Below are positions 1 to 8,595 of a DNA stretch of 64,000 nt, in pieces. Numbering within the stretch: position 1 is the stretch's first letter; each line of letters begins with the position of its first letter. The DNA comes from an uncultured Spirochaetota bacterium (lineage in GTDB: Bacteria; Spirochaetota; UBA4802; UBA5550). The notes beneath the pieces are model-generated. The model had not been told where the DNA came from. It worked only from the letters and a program-made list of their open reading frames with translations, and did not search any database. A program made the translations under genes and the position numbers. The stretch is from NCBI GenBank assembly GCA_963827275.1, contig CAWHAA010000007.1, positions 224,001 to 288,000 on the forward strand, read 5' to 3'.

Positions 1-105
1 TATTGTTGCTTCACGGCTTCCCGGGCCTTGACGCTCCATGCTGGAAAAATATTCGCAAATTAATGCAATATCAAAATCGTGAATAGTATGCTCTTCGCCG
101 CTCAT
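1..105 (-). CDS. class I SAM-dependent methyltransferase, N-terminal fragment (runs off window)
   Basis: Read manually and not in the ORF track. The ATG at 105 has a GGAGGT RBS and encodes MSGEEHTIHDFDIALICEYFSSMERQGPGSREATI. The 'ICEYFS..ERQGPGS' start is typical of a common SAM-methyltransferase family. Confidence 0.7.
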   Translation of the reverse strand, partial: MSGEEHTIHDFDIALICEYFSSMERQGPGSREATI

Positions 106-572
106 TTTGTTTACCTCCAGGAACTCCATGATAGTATGGTGTATTATTATATACAATATATTTTTACGGTGACATGGATGTCGCCTCTTGAGCGGCGGGT
201 ACTGGTAATTCACCCCGGAGGACTTGTGGCAGTCCCGGCACTGCCAGCCCGGCAGGCCGCTGCAATTATGCGTCGTGGTGTCCCATGTATAATGCAATCC
301 ATTAATACATATGAAAAAGCATCTTCGTAGGTTGCAGCCTATGCAACTGAAATCGTTTTATCCAAACCAGCCAGCTTTCAAATAAGGCACTTTATAAAAA
401 AAGCCCTGGACAGGGGCCTTGTCGTTGGCAGGGGCGCTCGCGTCGGGGGCCAGTGGGCGTGAGAAAAATGATTATATACAATGCAAAATACTGGACAGGA
501 AAGGCGATTATGGACTAAAAGATTTGCATCCTTTCGTAAAGAAGCCGTAGTGCTGCAAGGGGATATCGCGCC

Positions 573-1571
573 ATGGGCCTGTTCAAAAGCCTGTTCGGGA
601 AAAAGATCATCATCGTCATACATGGCCTTGAAAACAAACCGCCGCAGGGCCTGCTTGAAACATGGTGCAAAAAATCGGTCCGCGAGGGGCTCCGGAACAT
701 AGGCCGGCCGGGCCTGCCCTTTACCCTGAAGCTCGTATACTGGGCGGACCTGATGCATGAAATGCCGCAGGACCCCTCGGTCAGGGATAAAAAGAGCGCT
801 GCCTTTCTCGATGATCCGTACCTGCCGGGGGACCCCGCCGCGTACGGGTCATTTGCGCCGAGCACAATCAAGAAGAACCTCCTGGACAAGCTTGAAAAGA
901 AGCTCGATGCCATGTACTTCGACGAAAAGAGCTTCATTAATTTCGACAAGTTCGCGAACATCCTGGTCCGGAGGCTCTTCCGGGACCTGGACTGCTATTA
1001 TCACCGGGACTGTCCCGTAACACGGTTCCGCGGGATGCTCGCGCGGGACGCCATCCGCATGCGCCTTGCGGAGGTCCTGCGCCGCTTCGGGGACAAGGAG
1101 ATACTGCTCGTGGCCCATTCGATGGGGACGATCATATCATACGACGTGCTCATGCAGACGACGCCTGACGTGACGATCAACACCCTGGTAACCATCGGAT
1201 CGCCGCTGGGGATGCCGCTGATACTCAAGAAGATATTGCTGGAGCAGGGGAGGGACTACCGGAAGGAGCGGAAACCGGTCACGCCGGAAAACATTCTCCA
1301 TGCCTGGCATAATTTTTCCGATCTTGACGATCCGGTGGCCATCAATTACAACCTGGCGGATGATTACCAGGCCAGCTCGCGCGGCATCGCGCCGCGTGAC
1401 GCGATCGTGTACAATAATTACGTCATTGACGGGAAGCGGGACCCCCACAAGCTCTACGGCTACCTGCGCGCGCCGGAGGTTTCGCGGGCGATATACGATT
1501 TCTGCATGGCGGGCAGGTCCCCGGCGGTGAACAGGCTCTTGCAGGGGATCGGGAAGATCTTCCGCTTCTAA
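573..1571 (+). CDS. alpha/beta hydrolase (lipase/esterase-like)
   Basis: IHG oxyanion motif, AHSMG nucleophile elbow, 'TIGSPLG', and candidate Asp (DDPV) and His (DPH). Its stop codon overlaps the convergent gene at 1568-1571. Confidence 0.8.
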   Translation: MGLFKSLFGKKIIIVIHGLENKPPQGLLETWCKKSVREGLRNIGRPGLPFTLKLVYWADLMHEMPQDPSVRDKKSAAFLDDPYLPGDPAAYGSFAPSTIKKNLLDKLEKKLDAMYFDEKSFINFDKFANILVRRLFRDLDCYYHRDCPVTRFRGMLARDAIRMRLAEVLRRFGDKEILLVAHSMGTIISYDVLMQTTPDVTINTLVTIGSPLGMPLILKKILLEQGRDYRKERKPVTPENILHAWHNFSDLDDPVAINYNLADDYQASSRGIAPRDAIVYNNYVIDGKRDPHKLYGYLRAPEVSRAIYDFCMAGRSPAVNRLLQGIGKIFRF

Positions 1572-2749
1572 CGTATGCCGGTTGTGAGGCTGTTCAGCAC
1601 CGCCTCCAGCCGCCCCTTCGTGGCGAGGGCGTTCGGCAGTGAAAGGATGAGCTCCACTGAATCATCATTCCCCGTAATCAGCAGAAAAAACGGCACGTAG
1701 TCGCTGAGGGGCGGAATGCAGTAGAATGCCGTTGCCTCGAACCCCCCGCCCCGGATGAGCTTGAGGGGGATCCTGCCGACGTTCGACAGCGCGCCTGAAA
1801 TGCTGTATATGCCCCGCTTTTTCCTCGCGTTGATGACCTTCCGGGCGGCGATGTCAAGCATCCATATCGGGACGTAGCGTATCAGGTCATCGCCTTTCGT
1901 GAGCAGGCCGTCTCGCTTCTCCTCCAGCTGCCGGGCTATATCGGCGGACACCTGCTCGGGCGTGGTGTCTTTTTTTACTTCGATGTAGATAGCGAATGTC
2001 AGGTTTGCCGTGGAGAGCAGGCCGGGCTGGTGGTGGCGCATATCGGCCGGGATCGCGAACCGCACGACGCCGTCGGAATATTTCCATGCTTCACGCGCGA
2101 CGATTACGGCGATCTGGCCGAGCAGGTCGTGCGGACGGCCCTTTAGTGTGACCCGCCGCCAGATGAAGCCTGGCTCGTTCCCGTCCGCGAGGCCCGTGGG
2201 CGGTATGTGCTCCGTCGGATAGGGGGTCCGGAACCCGGACTCGAAGCTTTTCGCCAGCTCCATGTCGGTAATGGCCGAGCGGGAACCGAGACACGGCTCT
2301 CCGCGGAGGGCGCGCATGATATCGAAGATCCAGGTAAAGGAGCCGCCGCCGTCCATGACTGCGTGGTGGGTCCTGAAGATCACGCGCGGGGTTGTCGCGT
2401 CCGGGAGCAGCAACACCTCGCAGGTGGGGCCTTTTTTCAGGTCAAGCGGCTTCTTTAAAAATGGCGCATTCTCCCATCCGTTCCCCGACCAGCCGGAGTT
2501 TTTGATCTCGATAACGGGCGGCGTCACGCTGGAATCAACCCAGCGGCAGGAGCCGAGGACGCCGCGCAGGACGACGCGGCTTCCCGGGTTGGCCTCGGAG
2601 GCCGCTGCAACCGCGGCCCTCCACAGGTCAACGTCCAGCACGCCTTTTCCCTCGAAGATTCCCTGGTTCATCATGGGAGGTGAGAGCCTGTTCGCCACGA
2701 CGAACATGCGCTCGTTGAAAGATAATTTCCTTGTGTACTTCGCGTCCAT
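1568..2749 (-). CDS. stand-alone condensation-domain / CoA-dependent acyltransferase (paralog 3)
   Basis: 393 aa with the motifs 'RKLSFNER', FRTHHAVMDGGG (HHxxxDG), 'PADMR', 'STANL' and 'LSNVG'. These indicate the CAT/C-domain/PapA5 fold. Confidence 0.85.
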   Translation of the reverse strand: MDAKYTRKLSFNERMFVVANRLSPPMMNQGIFEGKGVLDVDLWRAAVAAASEANPGSRVVLRGVLGSCRWVDSSVTPPVIEIKNSGWSGNGWENAPFLKKPLDLKKGPTCEVLLLPDATTPRVIFRTHHAVMDGGGSFTWIFDIMRALRGEPCLGSRSAITDMELAKSFESGFRTPYPTEHIPPTGLADGNEPGFIWRRVTLKGRPHDLLGQIAVIVAREAWKYSDGVVRFAIPADMRHHQPGLLSTANLTFAIYIEVKKDTTPEQVSADIARQLEEKRDGLLTKGDDLIRYVPIWMLDIAARKVINARKKRGIYSISGALSNVGRIPLKLIRGGGFEATAFYCIPPLSDYVPFFLLITGNDDSVELILSLPNALATKGRLEAVLNSLTTGIR

Positions 2750-2818
2750 GAATTAACCCTCCATCATGATATCCATATCTGTGTTTGTTTGTTATGGATG
2801 GCGGAACCCGCGGTATCG

Positions 2819-4009
2819 TCAGGCAGAATCAAGGCCGGCGATTATATTGTTAATGGCCGTTTCCAGCCTTCCTTCTGTCGACAGGTTGCGCGGCATGTTG
2901 ATGAGGAGCTCGCTCCTGTCACCCGCGCCCGAGAGGGTCATCATGAAAGGTATCATGGGCGCGATAAGGGGGACGGCGAAGAACGTCTCGGCCCTGAATC
3001 CATCGCACGAGAATTTTTCAACCTCCACCCGCCCGAGGTTCGATATGAATCCGGAAAAGCGGTACCGGCCGGATTTCGCGTTGCGGGCCCCTTCCATCTC
3101 GATGCCTTTTTGAAAAAGCCGGATGGGAACATGCTTCGCGAGGGTGTCTTCCCAGGTGACCTCTCCGTCATAGAGGTTCGTGACCCGGCTGTTGATTTCA
3201 GCCGCAAGCGCGTCAACGCCGGTCCCGGGGTCGATGTCGATATAGATGGCATTGGCGAGGTTGCTGGTTGAGCGGAGGCCCTCCCGCCGGTACCTGAGGT
3301 CAACCGGTATGCCTATGCGGACGTTCCCGTCGCCGTGACGGCGCGCTTCGCGCGCCGTCAGCAGCATCACCCGCGCGAGCAGCCGGGGCTGTCTGCCCAT
3401 GATTGTCCTCCGTTTCCACGCAGGGCTCGTGTCGTTCCCGACGGCCTTTCCCGCGAGGGGGAGGTAGGTGTGCGGGAGGGGATTTTTTCTTTTTCCCCAC
3501 TGCACGTTGAGGAGATCGATCTCGGTCATGAGGAATTCCGCGCCGAGCGGCTTCTCGCCCCTGAGGACGCGGAAGATGTCCTCTGCCCAGGTCATGGTGC
3601 CGCGCCCGTCCATTATCGCGTGATGGCTCCTGAACGCGACGCGCGCCGGGTGCCCCTGTATCAGCACGACTTCGCAGTTGGGCCCTTTTCTGACCGGGAA
3701 GCTGCTCTGGAGAAAGGGGGCGCCGTCGGACCCCGTCCCGTCCCACGCGCTCCCGTCCGCTTCCCGCACGGTCGGGGTTATTCCCGAGTCAATCCATCTT
3801 TCCCTGCCCGGCAGGCCCCTGAGGACGATCCTGCTGCCGGGGTTCGCTTCAGAAGCGGTCCGTGCCGCCTCCTTCCAGTTCTTGAGGTCGAACCGTCCGG
3901 TCCCCTCGTAGATCATCTGGTTCACGCAGGGAGGAGAAGCGCGGTCCGCCGCGAGATAGAGGCGCATCGAAGCCGAGAGCGGCCTGTATTTCTGATCCGG
4001 TCTTTTCAT
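2819..4009 (-). CDS. stand-alone condensation-domain / CoA-dependent acyltransferase (paralog 2)
   Basis: 396 aa with FRSHHAIMDGRG, 'PVDLR', 'STSNL' and 'ISNLG'. Aligns end to end with its neighbours. The start overlaps the upstream stop (4006-4009). Confidence 0.85.
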   Translation of the reverse strand: MKRPDQKYRPLSASMRLYLAADRASPPCVNQMIYEGTGRFDLKNWKEAARTASEANPGSRIVLRGLPGRERWIDSGITPTVREADGSAWDGTGSDGAPFLQSSFPVRKGPNCEVVLIQGHPARVAFRSHHAIMDGRGTMTWAEDIFRVLRGEKPLGAEFLMTEIDLLNVQWGKRKNPLPHTYLPLAGKAVGNDTSPAWKRRTIMGRQPRLLARVMLLTAREARRHGDGNVRIGIPVDLRYRREGLRSTSNLANAIYIDIDPGTGVDALAAEINSRVTNLYDGEVTWEDTLAKHVPIRLFQKGIEMEGARNAKSGRYRFSGFISNLGRVEVEKFSCDGFRAETFFAVPLIAPMIPFMMTLSGAGDRSELLINMPRNLSTEGRLETAINNIIAGLDSA

Positions 4010-5208
4010 TTGGGTGGCGCGGGCTTCATCCCTTCTTTAATTTTATTTACCATGGCATCAAGGCGACCGTTGTTTGCCAGGACCTTGGGAACGCTGATTA
4101 TCATTACAAACTTGTTTAACTCGGTATTCCTTGCCATCCCGCAGAAGAAGGGGATAACATCAACGCAGGGCGGGATTCCCAGCCCGTTATTGGGCATGAA
4201 ACCGCCGCCGGCGAAGATTTTGTGGGGGATCTCCTGCATGTTTGATATGACGCCGGAATTCCGATACAGCCCTGTCTTTTTTTTCGTCTCTATTTCATTC
4301 AGTAATCCCTTGCGAATCACCGACATCGGCATGTAGCGCACCATCTGGTCTGCCCAGTATAGTTCGCCGTCCCGTTTTTCCTCAAGCTGCTTCTTGACGA
4401 TCTGCGTGACGTCTTCAGGGGTCGTGTTTTTTTCGATTTCAACATACATGAAATTTGTCAGGTTTCCGAGCGACAACTCGGCGGGCTTCCGCGGCCGCAT
4501 GTCCACCGGGATGGCGATGCGCACCGGTCCATCGGCATGGCTCCAGGCCTCACGCGCCATGATGACCGCGAGCTGTCCTACCGCGTTGGGAAACTTGGGA
4601 ATATCAAAGGTGAATCTCCGCCAGGTGTAGCCGCGCTCGTCCCCGGAGGGTTTGCCGGTTGGAGAGAGATACTTGTGAGGGGGCGGGACCCTTCCGTTTT
4701 GCTGGAAACTTTTCGCGATCTCGTATTCCGTGATTTTTGAGTTGAAGCCTATCGGGGCCTCGCCCCGTAATCCCTGGGTGATGGCGAATAGAAAGTTGAT
4801 CGTTCCCCTGCCGTCCATTACCGCGTGCATGGTGCGGATGGCCACCCTGAGGGGATTGCCGTGAATGAGGACTAATTCACAGGTGGGCCCTTCATACGGG
4901 TCAAGGGGGTCAAGCAGGAAGGGGGCGCCTTCGGGGCTCAGGCCGTCCCATTTTGATCCGTCAACTTCACGTACGCGCGGGGTTTTTCCCGAATCCACCC
5001 ACCGGGTGAAATTCAGCTTTCCTTTTAGTACCAGTCTGCTGCCCGGATTTGCGGCTGAAGCGACCTCTACGGCTTTTTGCCACAATTTAAGATCAAGTAC
5101 TCCCGTGCCTTCCATTATTATCTGGTTCGCAAACGGCGGACATTCTTCGGCGTTAATGATATAAGTACGCTCTGTCGGAGTGAGTTCCCTGGTGAATTTT
5201 TCTGTCAT
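4006..5208 (-). CDS. stand-alone condensation-domain / CoA-dependent acyltransferase (paralog 1)
   Basis: 400 aa with IRTMHAVMDGRG (MHxxxDG variant), 'PVDMR' and 'ISNM'. RBS GGGAG. Confidence 0.85.
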   Translation of the reverse strand: MTEKFTRELTPTERTYIINAEECPPFANQIIMEGTGVLDLKLWQKAVEVASAANPGSRLVLKGKLNFTRWVDSGKTPRVREVDGSKWDGLSPEGAPFLLDPLDPYEGPTCELVLIHGNPLRVAIRTMHAVMDGRGTINFLFAITQGLRGEAPIGFNSKITEYEIAKSFQQNGRVPPPHKYLSPTGKPSGDERGYTWRRFTFDIPKFPNAVGQLAVIMAREAWSHADGPVRIAIPVDMRPRKPAELSLGNLTNFMYVEIEKNTTPEDVTQIVKKQLEEKRDGELYWADQMVRYMPMSVIRKGLLNEIETKKKTGLYRNSGVISNMQEIPHKIFAGGGFMPNNGLGIPPCVDVIPFFCGMARNTELNKFVMIISVPKVLANNGRLDAMVNKIKEGMKPAPPK

Positions 5209-5362
5209 GCTATTGTCTCCCTGGCTTTAGGTAGTAGTGCGCTATAAGCGGTTCATCCGGTGACGTGTTCCAACGATAATCGATCGCGGCACGTGCGGTG
5301 CCGCGGAGGGCATGCGCCATCCCCTGATACAGAGGGGAGGGGCCTGCGTCCGGCCCTGCGGG

Positions 5363-6415
5363 CTATTGTGCGGTGTTCCTCCTGTCGGTCATGCGGCGGT
5401 CCGAAGACCTCCTCTCGGTCTTGTTGTCCCACGTGCCGCCGGTCCGCCGGTCGGCGGTCCTTCTGTCCGATATCCGCCTGTCGCCGAACCTGCCGTCGAT
5501 AAGGCGCACCCTGGTCAGCTTCGGGTTGGCCAGGAGGCGCTTCTTTCTCCTGAACAGGCCAAGCCGCTCGTTGAAAAAGGCCTTCCTGCCGAAGGAGATG
5601 AGCGCCAGGAGCAGGAAAAGCCTGTTGGCCCCCATCATTGTTGTCATGTACATGTATGCCCACGCGTCGCCGCGCTCCTTGTGGTCAAATTCGGGCGGCA
5701 TGAGCTTCTTCACTCCCTCCTGGATCTGGAACTTCTTTTTCGTCCAGTCCAGGTGCTGCGATCCGGGAAAGAGGTTTTTTACGCAGAAGGGGTAGTCCGG
5801 ATTGACAAGGGACATGCTGTATTTTTCCAGGTACGCGTGATGGATGCTGACCAGTTCCTTCGAGGGATGGTACGAGTTGTCGTATTTCTTCTTGTTCCAG
5901 TAGGAGTTGCGATAGTAGCTGTTCATCACCTGCGGGTTCGCAGAGATGGAGACATAGATGAATTTCCTGATCGATTTTCCCAGGTCAAGCTTCTTCATGA
6001 AATAGAGGAAGGCCGTGGTCACGATATGGAGGGCGAGATCGGAGCCCTGGCACTCCTTGAGTACCATGGTCTCATCATTGGTGAAGAAGCAGTAATCGTT
6101 AATGAGCAGGAGGGAAACCAGGCAGAAGGCAACCACCCGTCCGTCCTTCTCCGTGTAGATGAGGAGGGTGCTTTTTTTCAGGTATTCGTAGAAATTTTCC
6201 TGTGCCGTCCAGGTGCTTTTTTCAACCTGCTCACACGCGCTGATGATGCCCTCGAGCCTGCTGAAGTCGGCGCTGCTCAGGTCGATGCCGTAATAATTGA
6301 ACCCTTTGTTCTGGACTAAAAAATAATCACGGCTGGTGATAGGCTCCTGTTCGGGTTGCAGCACCTCCGGTTCAATCGTTTGAACTGCGGCGTCATGCAC
6401 TAATTGTATTTTCAT
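5363..6415 (-). CDS. GNAT-fold N-acyltransferase-like protein with C-terminal DRR repeats
   Basis: The 'DGRVVAF' strand and 'TMVLKECQGSDLA' resemble GNAT motif A (V.P..QG.GLA). The tail reads DRRISDRRTADRR...ERRSSDRRMTDRR. The ATG at 6415 has a GAGGGGG RBS. Confidence 0.55.
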   Translation of the reverse strand: MKIQLVHDAAVQTIEPEVLQPEQEPITSRDYFLVQNKGFNYYGIDLSSADFSRLEGIISACEQVEKSTWTAQENFYEYLKKSTLLIYTEKDGRVVAFCLVSLLLINDYCFFTNDETMVLKECQGSDLALHIVTTAFLYFMKKLDLGKSIRKFIYVSISANPQVMNSYYRNSYWNKKKYDNSYHPSKELVSIHHAYLEKYSMSLVNPDYPFCVKNLFPGSQHLDWTKKKFQIQEGVKKLMPPEFDHKERGDAWAYMYMTTMMGANRLFLLLALISFGRKAFFNERLGLFRRKKRLLANPKLTRVRLIDGRFGDRRISDRRTADRRTGGTWDNKTERRSSDRRMTDRRNTAQ

Positions 6416-6454
6416 CAATCCCCCCTCATGTGCCTTGGTCGCGGTACCGTTCAG

Positions 6455-7543
6455 CTACGCGTGCTTCCCGCGGACGGTTCTTTTCCTGAAAAGAAGAATG
6501 GCCTTCGAGAAAACCCTGTAATGCGCGTACAGGTAATCCGCACGGGGATATCTCCCCGGCTCATTGCTGTTCCGCCATGTCCTGAATGACAATGCCCTGT
6601 AGATACGGCTCGTGCCGGTGATCGCGCCGGTAAAATAGAATGGAAGGGTGTCCGGCTCGCGCTGCGGTATGTCGTACATGACGATGCCCGGGACCATGTC
6701 CTTGAATTTCCTGTAACCGCTTTTGTTGTCACGGTATTTTTTGAAAAGAGAATCAAGCTGGCCAAGCGTTTTAGCGCTGCTGCCCTCGCTCGCGTAAAAC
6801 CTCGATTCGTCGATCTTGATGCCGTATGCCCCTTTATAGATGAGAACATTGAGAAAATCATTGAACTTCATCACTGCCAGGGCCCCGAGAGAAAATCCGC
6901 TTTCCCACCAGGCGCCCGCCATCCGGACGGCATTGTCAAGAAATAACGCGAAAGATCCCTCGCGCTGCCGGTCATGCTCCCTCTGGTGCATCACCATTCT
7001 TGCATGGATCGAAGCGTTGTTGGTGCCGATGGCGCCGCCCTCATAATTGATGTTTTTCTTAATAAAGCTGAAAAGGGCGAAATCGCCATAGGTGCCGAGC
7101 TGCTTCCCCTTGTAGAAGGAAAACGGGGCGTGCGCCAGGTCCTCGATGACCAGCAGGTTGTGCCTCCTGGCGATTGCGCAGATCGTGTCAATCTGCGCCG
7201 CCACGCCGTAGGTATGCACCACGTAGATTGCCTTGGTGCGGGGTGTTATCGCCCTGCGTATCTTTTCCGGGTCGATATTGATCCCCTCGTCCTCCGCGTC
7301 AACAGGGACCGGTGTGATCCCGCTTTCTTCAACGGTATGCCTGATGATTGAGCAGGTGAAAGCGGGCACGATCATTTCCGATGACCTGTCCCAGCGCATT
7401 GCTTTTATGAGCAGGAAGAGACCGTTCCTCGCATATCCCGTGATGACAAAGTGCTTTAACGGGACCAGCTCTGAAAGCTTTTCCTGCAGGGCGCGTTCCG
7501 CGGACATGCCGTTGACGCTGCTTTCAATCTTAAAGCTTATCAT
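6455..7543 (-). CDS. DegT/DnrJ/EryC1/StrS-family PLP-dependent aminotransferase-like protein
   Basis: Motifs 'IVPAFTC', 'ITPRTKAIYVVHTYG', 'IEDLAH' and 'GTYGDFALFSF.KK...EGGAI'. The start was reassigned to the ATG at 7543, just after the capA-like stop. Confidence 0.8.
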   Translation of the reverse strand: MISFKIESSVNGMSAERALQEKLSELVPLKHFVITGYARNGLFLLIKAMRWDRSSEMIVPAFTCSIIRHTVEESGITPVPVDAEDEGINIDPEKIRRAITPRTKAIYVVHTYGVAAQIDTICAIARRHNLLVIEDLAHAPFSFYKGKQLGTYGDFALFSFIKKNINYEGGAIGTNNASIHARMVMHQREHDRQREGSFALFLDNAVRMAGAWWESGFSLGALAVMKFNDFLNVLIYKGAYGIKIDESRFYASEGSSAKTLGQLDSLFKKYRDNKSGYRKFKDMVPGIVMYDIPQREPDTLPFYFTGAITGTSRIYRALSFRTWRNSNEPGRYPRADYLYAHYRVFSKAILLFRKRTVRGKHA

Positions 7544-7548
7544 GCCCG

Positions 7549-8595
7549 CTACTGCATCACCGGCTGATACGAGCTGTTGATCTGGACGTATTTTCTGTTC
7601 ACCTGGTATATCTTTTTGTTCTGCAGCAGCACTTCGAGCATCATTCCCCGTTTGGCCGCGGTGACGCTTGTATTTGATACAAGGTTGCCGAGGGAATAGG
7701 CGAGGAAGCCCTTCGCGTACACCATGACCGGCTGGATGACGCCGGGGTGGTGGCCTATGACAAGGTGCGCTCCCTGGTCGATGCACTGGTGCGCGAACCG
7801 GTCCTGCTCCGAATTGGGAAGGGTCTCCTTGTCGGCGCCGAAGTGCATGGAAACGATGACTATGTCGGCCGTCTTTTTTGCCGCGATGATGGCCGGATTG
7901 ACGTACTTGGTGTAAAACCAGGCGACGCCGGTCTGTGGCACCATGCCGTTGTCTGCTGATTGCGCGCGGATAATTGTCTCCTCACCGACCAGTGTAAACG
8001 CGAGGAATGCCACTCTTGTTCCTTTGACGTCGAAGATTTTAGCCGTGTATGCTTCCGTGAAGGACCCGCCGCCAATTGGAGCTATCCCCGCCGCTTTCAA
8101 CATCGCAAGGCATCTGTCGAATGCGGGACGGCCGCCGGCAAATGTGTGGTCATTGGCGACTGAGACGGCATCGATACCTGCGTAAGACAGGCCCGCTATA
8201 GGGGCGGCAGCAGTCATAACGCAGGCAAGGTCGGCAAAGACGAAGTCGGCGCCATTCAGATATTCCGCGACGTACTGGTATGCCGTCTGCGTGCTGGTTC
8301 CTATCGCGATGTCGCCTGTAAATACCAATCGCAACGTCTCGGTAACCGGAGGAATGACTGGAGGATCGACCGGGGGATTGACCGGGGGATCGACCGGAGG
8401 ATCGACCGGAGGATTGACCGGAGGATTGACCGGGGGATCGACGACCGGATCAGTGCTGCTGTCAGTGGCAGGACCGGACAACAGGCCGGCGAACATCCCT
8501 GAATTATCTTTTTTTTCTGAGCTATCGCACCCGGTGCTTGTAATCAATAATGCCGCTATAAAGGCAAAAACTGCTGCGAACAATTGTTTTTTCAT
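7549..8595 (-). CDS. CapA/PgsA-family (PGA_cap) metallophosphatase-like lipoprotein with Pro-rich linker
   Basis: Lipobox TSTGC. Motifs TGDI, VSVANDH, VSMHFG, VIGHHPGV and YSLGN. PPVD/PPVN repeats. Confidence 0.8.
   Translation of the reverse strand: MKKQLFAAVFAFIAALLITSTGCDSSEKKDNSGMFAGLLSGPATDSSTDPVVDPPVNPPVNPPVDPPVDPPVNPPVDPPVIPPVTETLRLVFTGDIAIGTSTQTAYQYVAEYLNGADFVFADLACVMTAAAPIAGLSYAGIDAVSVANDHTFAGGRPAFDRCLAMLKAAGIAPIGGGSFTEAYTAKIFDVKGTRVAFLAFTLVGEETIIRAQSADNGMVPQTGVAWFYTKYVNPAIIAAKKTADIVIVSMHFGADKETLPNSEQDRFAHQCIDQGAHLVIGHHPGVIQPVMVYAKGFLAYSLGNLVSNTSVTAAKRGMMLEVLLQNKKIYQVNRKYVQINSSYQPVMQ
8344..8452 (-). repeat. 12-bp tandem repeats encoding (PPVD/PPVN)n linker
   Basis: About 8-9 units of gga(t/g)..accgg(a/g)gg encoding DPVVDPPVNPPVNPPVDPPVDPPVNPPVDPPVIPPV. 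Confidence 0.9.

Noticed and set aside
3335..4336. Long antisense ORFs (also 5312..6319, 16180..17214, 17168..18166, 31879..32835, 27113..28018)
   Set aside because: These are shadow ORFs opposite well-supported genes, expected from high-GC codon bias, and they have no recognisable motifs.
7544..7786. N-terminal extension of the DegT-like ORF (6455..7786 in the track)
   Set aside because: It overlaps the capA-like gene in another frame and has no protein-like character. The ATG at 7543 fits operon coupling.
7549..8595. Poly-gamma-glutamate capsule locus
   Set aside because: Only a CapA-like gene is present. No CapB (Mur-ligase) or CapC homolog lies in the window.
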